From: a virus
IMG/VR virus record: IMGVR_UViG_3300014879_000002
Location: 1 to 42,459 of that record
Length of the DNA stretch: 42,459 bases
Reading direction: 5' to 3' (one strand)
Part shown: piece after piece, positions 8,406 through 17,375 of the stretch
Layout: each line of letters starts with the position of its first letter
Position numbering within the stretch: position 1 is the first letter of the stretch
Position numbers and translations under genes: made by a program
Notes under the pieces: model-generated
The model's input: only the letters and a program-made list of their open reading frames with translations
What the model was told of the DNA's origin: nothing
The model's database searches: none

Positions 8406-9623
8406 ATGAACAAATTGCCCGTTTTTGAAATGGTGATCGAAGACGATCTCGCAAGTGATGTAGAAGTACAGCAAATCGCATTTGTGGACAAACCAGCAAT
8501 TGAAAAGAACTTTCTGGCTTTTGGTGTTAAGCTTCATTTCGCCACTGATCCACAAAGACAAATAGTAAGTGGTCCCGCAATGGTTCCTGATACACTTATC
8601 TACAGAAAGGATCAGGCCGGGGAGTACAATGTTTTTTTCTCCAAAGAAACGATAGAAAAGATTGCTTTGAAATTCTTCAAAAAGGATTATCAAAAGAATC
8701 TAAATCTCTTCCATGACCCCAATCTCCCAATTCAAGGTGTAACCATTTTTGAAAGTTTTGTTTCCGACAAGGCAAGGGGAATTCAGCCAATGAAAGGTTT
8801 TGAGGATTTACCCGATGGGACGTGGTTTATTTCAGCCAAAGTAGAAAATCCAGATGTGTGGGCTAAGATCCAAACCGGAGAGGTAAAAGGTTTCTCTGTT
8901 GAGGGAATTTTTTCTTACGTCAAAAAGCCTAAGAAACCCAAAGGGATGTATGAGGTAAACCGGACAGAGGACGATAATGAACATTTCCAACTGGACGACG
9001 CAAAATCATTGATAATGAAAGTAACTGAATTTTTAGCAGATATAAAGAAAAAATACTTTGACGGCACCCCGCTCGTAAACACAGATCACGGCGTAGCTCC
9101 GGTTCAAAATGTACCGGCTCCTCCTCAAACTTTACAACAGGACTACACAACTAAGGATGGCCAAGTGGTTCAAATTGACAAATTGGAAGTAGGTGGCATT
9201 GCGTTGATGGGTGGCGTTCCGGCTCCTGCTGGAGAACTCCAATTACAAGACGGCACTTCTTTAATGATCGGCGAAGGTGGAGTGATAACAATGGTTACTC
9301 CGGCAATGTCTCCTTCAGCAGCGCCGGCGCTTACAATGGCGCAAGTTGATTTAGCGATTAACGCTGCCCTGACAAGGTACAAAGAGGAATTAGCTGCTGA
9401 AAAGTTAGCTGCTCAGGCTGCACAAGGTGTTTTCAATGCTGAAATGAAAAAGAGGGACAACCAGATTGCTGCTCTTTTTTCAGCTATTGAAAAGCTTGCA
9501 GAAATGCCAACAGCAGACCCGGTGAATGAAGTTCCGGTTTCATTTTCTCAAACCAAAGTTCAGGACAAAGCAGAAAAGAGAAATCTTCTCATTAAATATT
9601 TAAAAGACAAAAAAACCGCATAA
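8406..9623 (+). CDS. XkdF-like prohead protease domain fused to a coiled-coil scaffold-like C-terminal region
   Basis: The N-terminal half matches the XkdF / Peptidase_S78_2 pattern ('FFKKDYQKNLNLFHD...TIFESFVSD...DGTWFISAKVENPDVWAKIQTGEVKGFSVEGIF'). The C-terminal ~200 aa are Ala/Pro/Gln-rich and helical ('ELAAEKLAAQAAQGVFNAEMKKRDNQIAALFSAIEKLAE'). Lies directly upstream of the capsid gene. Confidence 0.7.
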   Translation: MNKLPVFEMVIEDDLASDVEVQQIAFVDKPAIEKNFLAFGVKLHFATDPQRQIVSGPAMVPDTLIYRKDQAGEYNVFFSKETIEKIALKFFKKDYQKNLNLFHDPNLPIQGVTIFESFVSDKARGIQPMKGFEDLPDGTWFISAKVENPDVWAKIQTGEVKGFSVEGIFSYVKKPKKPKGMYEVNRTEDDNEHFQLDDAKSLIMKVTEFLADIKKKYFDGTPLVNTDHGVAPVQNVPAPPQTLQQDYTTKDGQVVQIDKLEVGGIALMGGVPAPAGELQLQDGTSLMIGEGGVITMVTPAMSPSAAPALTMAQVDLAINAALTRYKEELAAEKLAAQAAQGVFNAEMKKRDNQIAALFSAIEKLAEMPTADPVNEVPVSFSQTKVQDKAEKRNLLIKYLKDKKTA

Positions 9624-9624
9624 G

Positions 9625-10572
9625 ATGGGATTTACAGTATCAAGTTTAACAAACTACGTAAACGAGCAATCCACGGACTTGCTTTTTGCGCTTCAGTTTG
9701 AAGGTGAGACCGCAAAATTCGCAAATGTTCAGACTGGAATTAAGAGTGCTGAAGCTTTGCAGATTGTGACAAGTACTCCGGTTCCCCAGGATGGAGCCTC
9801 ATGCGGTTTTAACGCTTCCGGTGATACAGCTTTCACGCAAAGGATTATCACCACTGCTTCAGTAAAATATCAGGATCAATACTGTCCCCGGACACTTGAA
9901 ACAAAGTGGACGCAGCTTCTTTTAAAAGCCGGTCAGCATTACGACGACAGCGATATACCTAAAAAGATAATGGATGATTTGGTAGATCAGATCAACCGGA
10001 TAAACGAAACATCAGACTGGCAGGGTGACACCACGAGTGTAAGTTCATTCCTTAACAAATACGATGGATTAATTAAGATCATCAAAGCCGCTACTGTAAC
10101 AGCAGCTACTGCGGTGGCTGGTCCTGTTACGACTTCCAATGTCAGAACTATAGTAGGAAATATTGTTGCAGCAATCGGGACTAAGGCGGTTCTGGTTGGG
10201 AATCCGAATGTGAAAATCTTCATGGGTTACGACATAGCCGAATTGTACAGACAAAAAATATTTGCGGATAACTTGTTCCACGTAACTGGACAAGGAGATC
10301 AAAAAGGATTGAGTGCAGAAGGTTCTGTACATACAATAGTCCCGGTTCACGGTTTAGATGGGCTTGGTTCTTCTTCTGGTGATAATCCGTTCATTTTCGC
10401 TCTTGACCCAGACAGAAATCTTTACCTCGGTGTGGATCTCGAGAATGAACATGAGCAAGCAAAAATGTGGGTTGATGGTTCCGATGGGGAAACGGTTAAA
10501 TATTCATTCCGGTTCAAGAGGGGTTGGCAGATTGCGTTTCCTTCAGAAATAGTAGAATACAGTAACGTATAA
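9625..10572 (+). CDS. Major capsid protein (315 aa)
   Basis: Position immediately after the protease/scaffold gene, plus size and composition. Two genes further on comes the clearest intrinsic terminator of the late block. Confidence 0.65.
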   Translation: MGFTVSSLTNYVNEQSTDLLFALQFEGETAKFANVQTGIKSAEALQIVTSTPVPQDGASCGFNASGDTAFTQRIITTASVKYQDQYCPRTLETKWTQLLLKAGQHYDDSDIPKKIMDDLVDQINRINETSDWQGDTTSVSSFLNKYDGLIKIIKAATVTAATAVAGPVTTSNVRTIVGNIVAAIGTKAVLVGNPNVKIFMGYDIAELYRQKIFADNLFHVTGQGDQKGLSAEGSVHTIVPVHGLDGLGSSSGDNPFIFALDPDRNLYLGVDLENEHEQAKMWVDGSDGETVKYSFRFKRGWQIAFPSEIVEYSNV

Positions 10573-10594
10573 CAGTAACACTTAATAATTTACA

Positions 10595-11110
10595 ATGGCT
10601 TGTGCTTTAACGCAAGGATATACTTTAGATTGTCGGGATGGAACCGGGGGCGCAAAGAACGTTTGGTTAGGCAACTATTCAAACGTTTCAGGAGTAACGG
10701 CTGCCTCGGGAATAATTACAGCGATCAGCAAAGCAAATAACGGAAGGTTCTATAAATATGAGCAATATCGGGACACAGCAGAAGCATTTGAGGACATCAC
10801 AGGTGATTCAATAAATGGTACTATATTCTACGCTCAGACCGTTAATATCGCACTCAGGAAAATGCAGGCTTCTCTGAGAAACGAAGTTAAGCTTTTAGGG
10901 AGTGCTTTAGTGGTTGCAGTAGTTGAAGACCGTCAAGGAAAATACTGGTACTATGGCGAAACAAATGGCCTTGAATTGAACACAGGAAAGATCAGCACAG
11001 GAAAGGCCACAGGCGATAAGAATGGTTATGATCTGACCTTTACAGGGGCGGAACCTTCGCCGGCGCAAGAGGTTGACTCAGCAGTAATATCGACGTTAAT
11101 AATTCCGTAA
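10595..11110 (+). CDS. Abundant virion protein candidate (171 aa); major tail/tube or capsid-decoration protein
   Basis: Follows the capsid gene and is followed by the terminator at 11164-11192. The N-terminus is 'MACALTQGYTLDCRDGTGGAKNVWLGNY'. The specific role is not resolved. Confidence 0.55.
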   Translation: MACALTQGYTLDCRDGTGGAKNVWLGNYSNVSGVTAASGIITAISKANNGRFYKYEQYRDTAEAFEDITGDSINGTIFYAQTVNIALRKMQASLRNEVKLLGSALVVAVVEDRQGKYWYYGETNGLELNTGKISTGKATGDKNGYDLTFTGAEPSPAQEVDSAVISTLIIP

Positions 11111-11114
11111 GCAG

Positions 11115-11140
11115 GTAACGTAAGTAAGTAACGTAAGTAG
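11115..11140. repeat. Two tandem 13-bp units GTAACGTAAGTA(A/G)
   Basis: Read directly. Starts 5 nt after the stop at 11108-11110. Shares the core AACGTWAGTA with the 12-bp array at 17792-17863. Confidence 0.85.
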
Positions 11141-11163
11141 GTTTTGGCAGTAGTTAATATACA

Positions 11164-11192
11164 GGGGTCTCTTTTGGGACCCTTTCGTTTTT
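11164..11192 (+). terminator. Intrinsic terminator (GGGTC-loop-GACCC followed by TTTCGTTTTT)
   Basis: Stem 11165-11169 / 11178-11182, an 8-nt loop, and a T-rich tail to 11192, downstream of the capsid / 171-aa gene pair. Confidence 0.65.
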
Positions 11193-11227
11193 CGGACAAA
11201 TGAGCGCAAAAGCCATATAGACTTAGA

Positions 11228-11608
11228 ATGATTCTACTCACTCCCGGAAATACGGATTTAATGGTTGTCACTCTAAATGAGTTCAGAACGCTGGATGCCG
11301 GGTCGTTCTTATTCGTGTTTACGCATATTGAGACCCGGGACGAGGTAAAAGTTCTATACAATATGCTTGCTGACCAAAGCGATTTTCAGGACAGGTACAA
11401 TCAATTTGAGATCGACACATCGACAATTTTTTCAGGCTATCATCCGGGGTTTTGGAACTATGACATTTATGAACAGGCAAGTTTAGTGAACACGGATGAA
11501 ACTGGTTTGACAAGGTTAGAGAATGGGATCATGAAGCTTTTAAGGGTCCCGGAGTTTGAGTTTACCAAATACCAGGAGGCTACATCATTTAAAGTTTACA
11601 ACGGTTAA
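11228..11608 (+). CDS. Hypothetical virion protein (126 aa)
   Basis: ATG ORF. Its stop overlaps the next start (TAATG). Confidence 0.6.
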   Translation: MILLTPGNTDLMVVTLNEFRTLDAGSFLFVFTHIETRDEVKVLYNMLADQSDFQDRYNQFEIDTSTIFSGYHPGFWNYDIYEQASLVNTDETGLTRLENGIMKLLRVPEFEFTKYQEATSFKVYNG

Positions 11609-12729
11609 TGGCACAGAATTTCAGACAAACGATTTCAGTTCAGGGTGATGGTGCACCCACCAACGGGGACGGGCTTTGCACTAACTTGGCGATCTTCCCA
11701 ATAGGAAGAATTTATATTGATTCCGAAACAGCTACTTTATATGTAAGAAATACCGATGTAGGTGTTGCGGCAGATTGGGTAGAAGGTGGCGGGGGCCCGG
11801 GTAGTAGTTCTCTTTTACCAACAACCGGAACGGGGACAGCTACAGGAGCGGTTATAGGTTCATTAGATGGCAATACGTTAAACATCGCACAGGGTGCAAA
11901 TTCTTTTCTGGCATTAGACCCAACGGCAAATGCAGAATCTGCAACATTACAAGCGTATAATACAACAGGTAGCGATAATAGTGCCGTATTCCAGGCGGTA
12001 ACAACTAACCTAATTGCAGAAGCGGATATTTCAGTGTTCTTTAATGGAGGCGCAAAAGCAGCAACTATTGAATTGCTAACCGATACCACAACGTCAACAA
12101 TAGACTATACAGCAGATGAACACATCTTTACTGGCATAGTCACAGCAGGAATAAAGGATAATCACGTTACCGGATTCCAGGCAATGAGTTCAGCCATTAA
12201 AGCCGAACTAATAGGCACTACATTTTCGCAGATGAACAGCTCTACTGCGAACTTGTTATTGGCCGATGGTGATATAAGATGGTTAGCGGCGTTTCTTCCA
12301 ACAGATGCCACTTTAACGGGAATAAAATTCTGGCTAATGGTTGCCTGTGTTTCTTCTGGTAATACTATGTCTAAGGTTGGGTTATATACTTCCGATGGAA
12401 CTACTTTAACAAGGGTAGCACAGTCCAATAACAACGCAAACCTTTTCAAAGGGACTACAGATATAATGCACGATGAACCATTTTCAGGGACGTATGCAGC
12501 AACAAGGGGATTATATTATATAGCTTATTTACACAATCCAACAGGTGAAACGACAATACCAGAGATTCTAAAATTTGAAAACATGAGTACAGTGGCTACT
12601 AGTGGTATGGATTTTACTACAGGGGATATGCATAGCGGGGTAACGACAGGCAATACGGATTTACCAGCGACACAATTACTTTCAGGAATTACAAAATCAA
12701 ACATCAGACCATATGTTGCGGCTTATTAA
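11608..12729 (+). CDS. Tail-fibre-like protein (373 aa)
   Basis: Gly/Thr/Ala-rich N-terminal half ('GGGGPGSSSLLPTTGTGTATGAVIGSLDGN'). Lies directly upstream of the beta-helix enzyme. Confidence 0.55.
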   Translation: MAQNFRQTISVQGDGAPTNGDGLCTNLAIFPIGRIYIDSETATLYVRNTDVGVAADWVEGGGGPGSSSLLPTTGTGTATGAVIGSLDGNTLNIAQGANSFLALDPTANAESATLQAYNTTGSDNSAVFQAVTTNLIAEADISVFFNGGAKAATIELLTDTTTSTIDYTADEHIFTGIVTAGIKDNHVTGFQAMSSAIKAELIGTTFSQMNSSTANLLLADGDIRWLAAFLPTDATLTGIKFWLMVACVSSGNTMSKVGLYTSDGTTLTRVAQSNNNANLFKGTTDIMHDEPFSGTYAATRGLYYIAYLHNPTGETTIPEILKFENMSTVATSGMDFTTGDMHSGVTTGNTDLPATQLLSGITKSNIRPYVAAY

Positions 12730-14836
12730 AATATTACCTATTATTTTTTGCCTCAATGCCGGGGCTATAAACTATTATGTTTCGTCAAGTGGTTGTGATG
12801 GGTCTGCTGGGACAACCCCTGCGACAGCGTGGAAAACAATAACAAAAGTAAATAGTTATTTTTCTCTTATGGTTCCCGGTGATTCTATTTTGTTTAAGAG
12901 AGGTGAAACGTTTTTTGGTTCTCTTGTTATATCAAGGTCAGGAACGTCGGCGTTACCTATGATAATAGGTGCTTACGGGACAGGGGCGAAGCCAATTATA
13001 ACTGGATTTACTGCTGTTGCGTTATGGACAAGTAATGGAGATGGAACTTATACCAGCAATTTAGCAGTTACGCCATTAACCACAATGAACATGGTTTCGT
13101 TTCAGGATACCTTGCAACCAATGGGACGATGGCCTAAAGTTTCCGGCGGTGGGTATTTGACGTATCAGTCCCATTCAGGCAGCACATCAATAACAAGTGA
13201 TGCGGTTTCAAGTGCATTAAATTATGTGGGGGGAGAGATAGTTACAAGAAAGAAGGCGTGGATAATTGATAGGGCAAGAGTAACAGCACAAACTTCAACA
13301 ACAGTAACATTTGCTCCGTTCACAGATGCAGCAATCTGGCCGCTTACAGATGGGTATGGTTTCTTTTTTCAGAACCATGTAAATGCCTGTACACAACTTG
13401 GCGAATGGGCTTATGATTCGGTAAGCAGAAAAATTAAAATGTACTTTGGTGCGGTCAATCCTTTAAACTATTCAGTTAAGATAACTAATCTTGAATCACT
13501 GGTAACTATAACTTCAAAAATTTATATCACATTTGATAATATTCAATTTTCGGGTTCCAATTCAAAGACGTTCAATATTTCCACATCTAATAATCTTGAA
13601 ATTAAAAACTGTGTTATAGAATTTTCTGGTATAGATGCTATTTGGTGCAATGGTAATGCCCAAACAGATAATATAAACATACATGACAACATCATAAGAT
13701 ATACAAATAACAACGCAATAGATGCCGGCGAAGGTTCTTTTTGGACGATAAGAAATAACGAAATTTTAAATACAGGCGTTAATGCAGGGATGGGAGTTTC
13801 TGCGGACAAAACTTACATAGCCATCAGGGAGACAGAAGATGATATTATAATAGAGCGCAATCGTATAATTAAGACCGGCTATACAGGTATTTACTTTTCT
13901 GGCAATAACAATCTTATAAGAAAGAATTTTATAGACAGTTTTTGCTTAGTTAAATCAGATGGCTCAGCTATTTATACTTATGCAGAAACTACAAAAACAA
14001 ACAGAAGGGTTATAAGTAATATCGTCACAAACGGAGTAGGGAACAATTATGGGCATGGGTGGACTAATCCTTACGACGGCGGGGCATTGGGTATTTATAC
14101 AGATGGAGGCGCAAGAAATGTGGAAATAGATAGTAATTCAGTAAGCTCGTGCAGTTATTCGGGGTTTTTGCTGCAAAGCCCAATAGGGGTAACATTAAGA
14201 CAGAACACTTCTTTTAATAGCATCGTAGCGCAGATTGACCACGCAACAGACAACAACGCAATTTCAACTCTTACTGAAACAGGTAATATTTGGTTTGCTA
14301 AACAAGCAAGTCAATTAGTAGTTAAAATGAGACTTTCATCCAACTACCTTTCTACATTAGGCGTACTTGATAGTAATTTTTATTGCCGCCCAATAAATGA
14401 ACCACAAGGGATAAACACTAATGAAGATAACGGTCAAGGTATTAATAGAATTTACTTAGGCTCTGAATGGCGTTGGTATTCACTTGATACATGGAAAACA
14501 GTAAGCAGCCAGGATGCAAATACGGTTAAAACTCCCATAGCTATTACAGATGTAAATGATATAAGATTTGAGTATAATGTTACACAAGTTCCAGTAACAA
14601 TACCACTGCCGTTTAGTTATATTGATGTGAAGGGGAATATTTTTAATGGCTCAATAACACTGCAACCATATACGTCTGCTGTGTTAATAAAAAACGGGGC
14701 ATCTACAGATCAAACGGCTATAGTAAATCAGCTAAACAATGCTTTAATTAGGATAGCCATTTTAGAGGCAGAAGTGAATTTGTTAAAAACTAAAAATTTA
14801 AAAGCCACATCAACTACTATTACTATAATTCAATAA
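12713..14836 (+). CDS. Right-handed parallel beta-helix (pectate-lyase fold) protein; tailspike or polysaccharide depolymerase candidate with a hydrophobic N-terminus
   Basis: After the hydrophobic leader 'MLRLIKILPIIFCLNAGA' comes 'INYYVSSSGCDGSAGTTPATAWKTI'. Repeated PbH1-like turns follow ('NAIDAGEGSFWTIRNNEILNTG', 'IIIERNRIIKTGYTGIYFSGNNNLIRKNFI', 'ALGIYTDGGARNVEIDSNSV'). Confidence 0.7.
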   Translation: MLRLIKILPIIFCLNAGAINYYVSSSGCDGSAGTTPATAWKTITKVNSYFSLMVPGDSILFKRGETFFGSLVISRSGTSALPMIIGAYGTGAKPIITGFTAVALWTSNGDGTYTSNLAVTPLTTMNMVSFQDTLQPMGRWPKVSGGGYLTYQSHSGSTSITSDAVSSALNYVGGEIVTRKKAWIIDRARVTAQTSTTVTFAPFTDAAIWPLTDGYGFFFQNHVNACTQLGEWAYDSVSRKIKMYFGAVNPLNYSVKITNLESLVTITSKIYITFDNIQFSGSNSKTFNISTSNNLEIKNCVIEFSGIDAIWCNGNAQTDNINIHDNIIRYTNNNAIDAGEGSFWTIRNNEILNTGVNAGMGVSADKTYIAIRETEDDIIIERNRIIKTGYTGIYFSGNNNLIRKNFIDSFCLVKSDGSAIYTYAETTKTNRRVISNIVTNGVGNNYGHGWTNPYDGGALGIYTDGGARNVEIDSNSVSSCSYSGFLLQSPIGVTLRQNTSFNSIVAQIDHATDNNAISTLTETGNIWFAKQASQLVVKMRLSSNYLSTLGVLDSNFYCRPINEPQGINTNEDNGQGINRIYLGSEWRWYSLDTWKTVSSQDANTVKTPIAITDVNDIRFEYNVTQVPVTIPLPFSYIDVKGNIFNGSITLQPYTSAVLIKNGASTDQTAIVNQLNNALIRIAILEAEVNLLKTKNLKATSTTITIIQ

Positions 14837-14837
14837 T

Positions 14838-14996
14838 ATGTATAGCCAGGACCAGGTAAATATTATAATAAATTCTTACTCTCAGGAGATAGTAAGATTA
14901 CTTGATAAGGTAGTTGCCAAAGATCTAAAGATAGCTGAATTAACTAAACAAGTAACTGAGTTAAAAAATCAGGATGGAGCAAAAGAACGAGTTTAA
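14838..14996 (+). CDS. Small coiled-coil hypothetical protein (52 aa; below the ORF-track cutoff)
   Basis: ATG 2 nt after the previous stop. Sequence 'MYSQDQVNIIINSYSQEIVRLLDKVVAKDLKIAELTKQVTELKNQDGAKERV'. Overlaps the portal start by 23 nt. Confidence 0.35.
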   Translation: MYSQDQVNIIINSYSQEIVRLLDKVVAKDLKIAELTKQVTELKNQDGAKERV

Positions 14997-16992
14997 AGAA
15001 CCAGACATATTATTTCTAAACTTCGCCGACAATAAAAGGCCGGAGTTCAAAGAAGTTAAATCTAAAGACTGGATTTTATTCGGTGAGGATAATTTATTTC
15101 CTTTTCATCTTTTGTACTTATACGACAAATCTTCCAATCATGGGGCTATCGTAAATGGGAAAACTAAATACATCTATGGTCAGGGTTTCCCGGTAAATGA
15201 AATTGTAAATCTTAAAGGTGAAAAACTGAACCAAGTCTTTAAAAGAGCCATTAAAGAAATTGAGATTTTTGGTGGGTTTTATTTTGAAGTTATATGGAAT
15301 TTCGGAGGTAAAGCGCAGATTTGCAATATACCTTTTGAGACAATCAGAAAAGCAAAAGATAAAGACGGTTACTGGTATAAAAAAGACTGGAGGTGTACTG
15401 ACCGTAAAGAACCTCCCAGATACATTCCCCCATTTGACCAAAATAATAAAATAGGCGCACAATTATTTTGTTATCGGGAATACCGACCAGGGTGTGATGT
15501 TTACCCTTTACCGGAATACTTTCCAGCACTAAATGACATTGAAACCGATGTAGAGATTTCAAAGTATAATCTAAGTGTGATTAAGAATGGAATGTTCGGA
15601 AGTAAAATGATTAGCTTTTTTGACGGGACACCACCGGATGAAATAAAGAAAAAGTTAGAAAAAGACTTTAGAAACAAATTCGCCGGATCGGAAAACTCAG
15701 GACGGTTCATGTTGGTTTTTAACAACGACCCTACTAAAGCCCCGCAAGTTCAGGATTTGTCCACTAGTCAATTGCCAGACCTTATGAAGCAATTAAACAC
15801 TGACATTCAAGCTGAGATTTTCACAGGCCACCAGGTTACTTCACCAATGCTCTTTGGGGTGAAGACAGAAGGCCAGCTCGGTGGGAGAACAGAAATGGTT
15901 GACTCGTATGAAATCTTTAAGAATACTTACGTCAACGATAAACAACAGGCAGTTGAGGAAGTGTATGATTTTCTTTCCCCCTTTATCGGCCAGCCTCCTG
16001 CCCAAAAGTTAATTCCTGTAGAACCTATTGAACCATTAGAAGTGCAAGCTCCAATAAACACAGCTCTTCCGGTAAATGAGAACATGAAAAATCTTACAGG
16101 GAGGCAGTATCAGAATGTCGAAAGGATAATTAAGAAATACAAAACAGGAAAGTTACCTAAACCGCAAGCCGAAACTATGCTTCGGGCTGGGCTGGGATTG
16201 ACAGACGACGAAATAAACACATTTTTAAGTTTCGCTCAAAGCGAACGGGAAGAAGAAGTAGCTGAAATGTTTTCTTTCGTAGGCAAACAAAAAGAAGATT
16301 ACGTTATTCTAAAAACAAAACACGGGTTTAAAGATTTAAGAGAAAATGATTCTTCTATCGTGAATTTAATAGGAAAAGATAAAAGGATCACTCCCGAAGT
16401 AATTGCAAATACAATTAACGAATCGGTTGCTTATGTACGTGGAAGGATAGAAGTTCTTAAAGATGCCGGTGTTCTAACTGAGAGCATCCAAACAATCGGA
16501 GTAGATACAATCATAGAACATTCGATAAATCCCGAACAAATTGATTCCAGGGTTCCGCCTGAAACTGCGGATGTGTTTATAAGATATTCATACGAACCAA
16601 AACCAGGCTTAGAACCTATCATCGAAACTACACGACCTTTTTGTAAAAGGCTTATAGAATTGGACAGACTTTATACAAGGTCAGAAATAGAAAGTATTTC
16701 ACAAAGGGTAGGGTTTTCGGTTTGGGATCGTAAAGGCGGGTTCTGGGGGGATAAAGAAGAGTGCAGACATAGGTGGGTTTCGAATATAGTAATCAAAAAA
16801 GGAAAGTTTGCATCACAACCAAATGGAGTTCATGTGACGAAACCCGAATTAGAATTAGCTGATTTAAGTAATAGTGATTTTGAAAAAGCGGACTCATTCG
16901 CAATAGAAGAAGCTCTTTACGGGAGGGAAAAGGTTTTGGATGATCTTAATAGTTTAAAACAATTAAGTGATTTAATATGGAAACAAGCGTAG
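14974..16992 (+). CDS. Portal protein with a C-terminal Mu F / SPP1 gp7-like minor-head-protein region (fusion)
   Basis: The N-terminus 'DWILFGEDNLFPFHLLYLYDKSSNHGAIVNGKTKYIYGQGF' matches the portal pattern of Bacteroidota-type phages. The C-terminal part 'TTRPFCKRLIELDRLYTRSEI...GGFWGDKEECRHRWVSNIV' resembles the Cys...CRH motif of head-morphogenesis (Mu F-like) domains. Confidence 0.65.
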   Translation: MEQKNEFKEPDILFLNFADNKRPEFKEVKSKDWILFGEDNLFPFHLLYLYDKSSNHGAIVNGKTKYIYGQGFPVNEIVNLKGEKLNQVFKRAIKEIEIFGGFYFEVIWNFGGKAQICNIPFETIRKAKDKDGYWYKKDWRCTDRKEPPRYIPPFDQNNKIGAQLFCYREYRPGCDVYPLPEYFPALNDIETDVEISKYNLSVIKNGMFGSKMISFFDGTPPDEIKKKLEKDFRNKFAGSENSGRFMLVFNNDPTKAPQVQDLSTSQLPDLMKQLNTDIQAEIFTGHQVTSPMLFGVKTEGQLGGRTEMVDSYEIFKNTYVNDKQQAVEEVYDFLSPFIGQPPAQKLIPVEPIEPLEVQAPINTALPVNENMKNLTGRQYQNVERIIKKYKTGKLPKPQAETMLRAGLGLTDDEINTFLSFAQSEREEEVAEMFSFVGKQKEDYVILKTKHGFKDLRENDSSIVNLIGKDKRITPEVIANTINESVAYVRGRIEVLKDAGVLTESIQTIGVDTIIEHSINPEQIDSRVPPETADVFIRYSYEPKPGLEPIIETTRPFCKRLIELDRLYTRSEIESISQRVGFSVWDRKGGFWGDKEECRHRWVSNIVIKKGKFASQPNGVHVTKPELELADLSNSDFEKADSFAIEEALYGREKVLDDLNSLKQLSDLIWKQA

Positions 16993-17372
16993 CAATGAAC
17001 GGGGTACTTCAATCGAAAAGGCACAAAGAATTATTAGAGGCATTTAATAAAATAGCTCCGGTAAATGGTACGCCAGAGATGGTAAAGGCTATTTCTGAGC
17101 TACGAAATGATATAAGAAGCGGATTCGATAAAAAGATTGAATCATTTGTCGCTGCGGTTAGGAGTATTCCTCAACCTAGTGTGAACGTAGCTGCACCTAA
17201 TGTAAAAGTAGAACCAGCTAAGTTATTTTTTAGTCAGGAGAAATTAGAACGATTAGCACAAGAGATTTTGGATACATTAAATGAGATTAAAAAACCAGTT
17301 GAATGGGTGCATCAGGTAACAAGAGACAGGGACGGGATGATAAGTAAAATAACTTCTAAAGTAAAAAAATAA
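16977..17372 (+). CDS. Hypothetical virion-associated protein (131 aa)
   Basis: ATG ORF overlapping the portal end by 16 nt. Helical and charged. Confidence 0.55.
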   Translation: METSVAMNGVLQSKRHKELLEAFNKIAPVNGTPEMVKAISELRNDIRSGFDKKIESFVAAVRSIPQPSVNVAAPNVKVEPAKLFFSQEKLERLAQEILDTLNEIKKPVEWVHQVTRDRDGMISKITSKVKK

Positions 17373-17375
17373 ATT

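Noticed and set aside
11712-12449. Minus-strand ORFs of 125 and 95 aa inside the fibre-like gene.
   Set aside because: They are antisense to a long, well-packed late gene, with no independent start context.
15118-15725. Several short ORFs on both strands inside the portal gene.
   Set aside because: All are nested within the 672-aa portal ORF, which has a strong family-like N-terminal motif.
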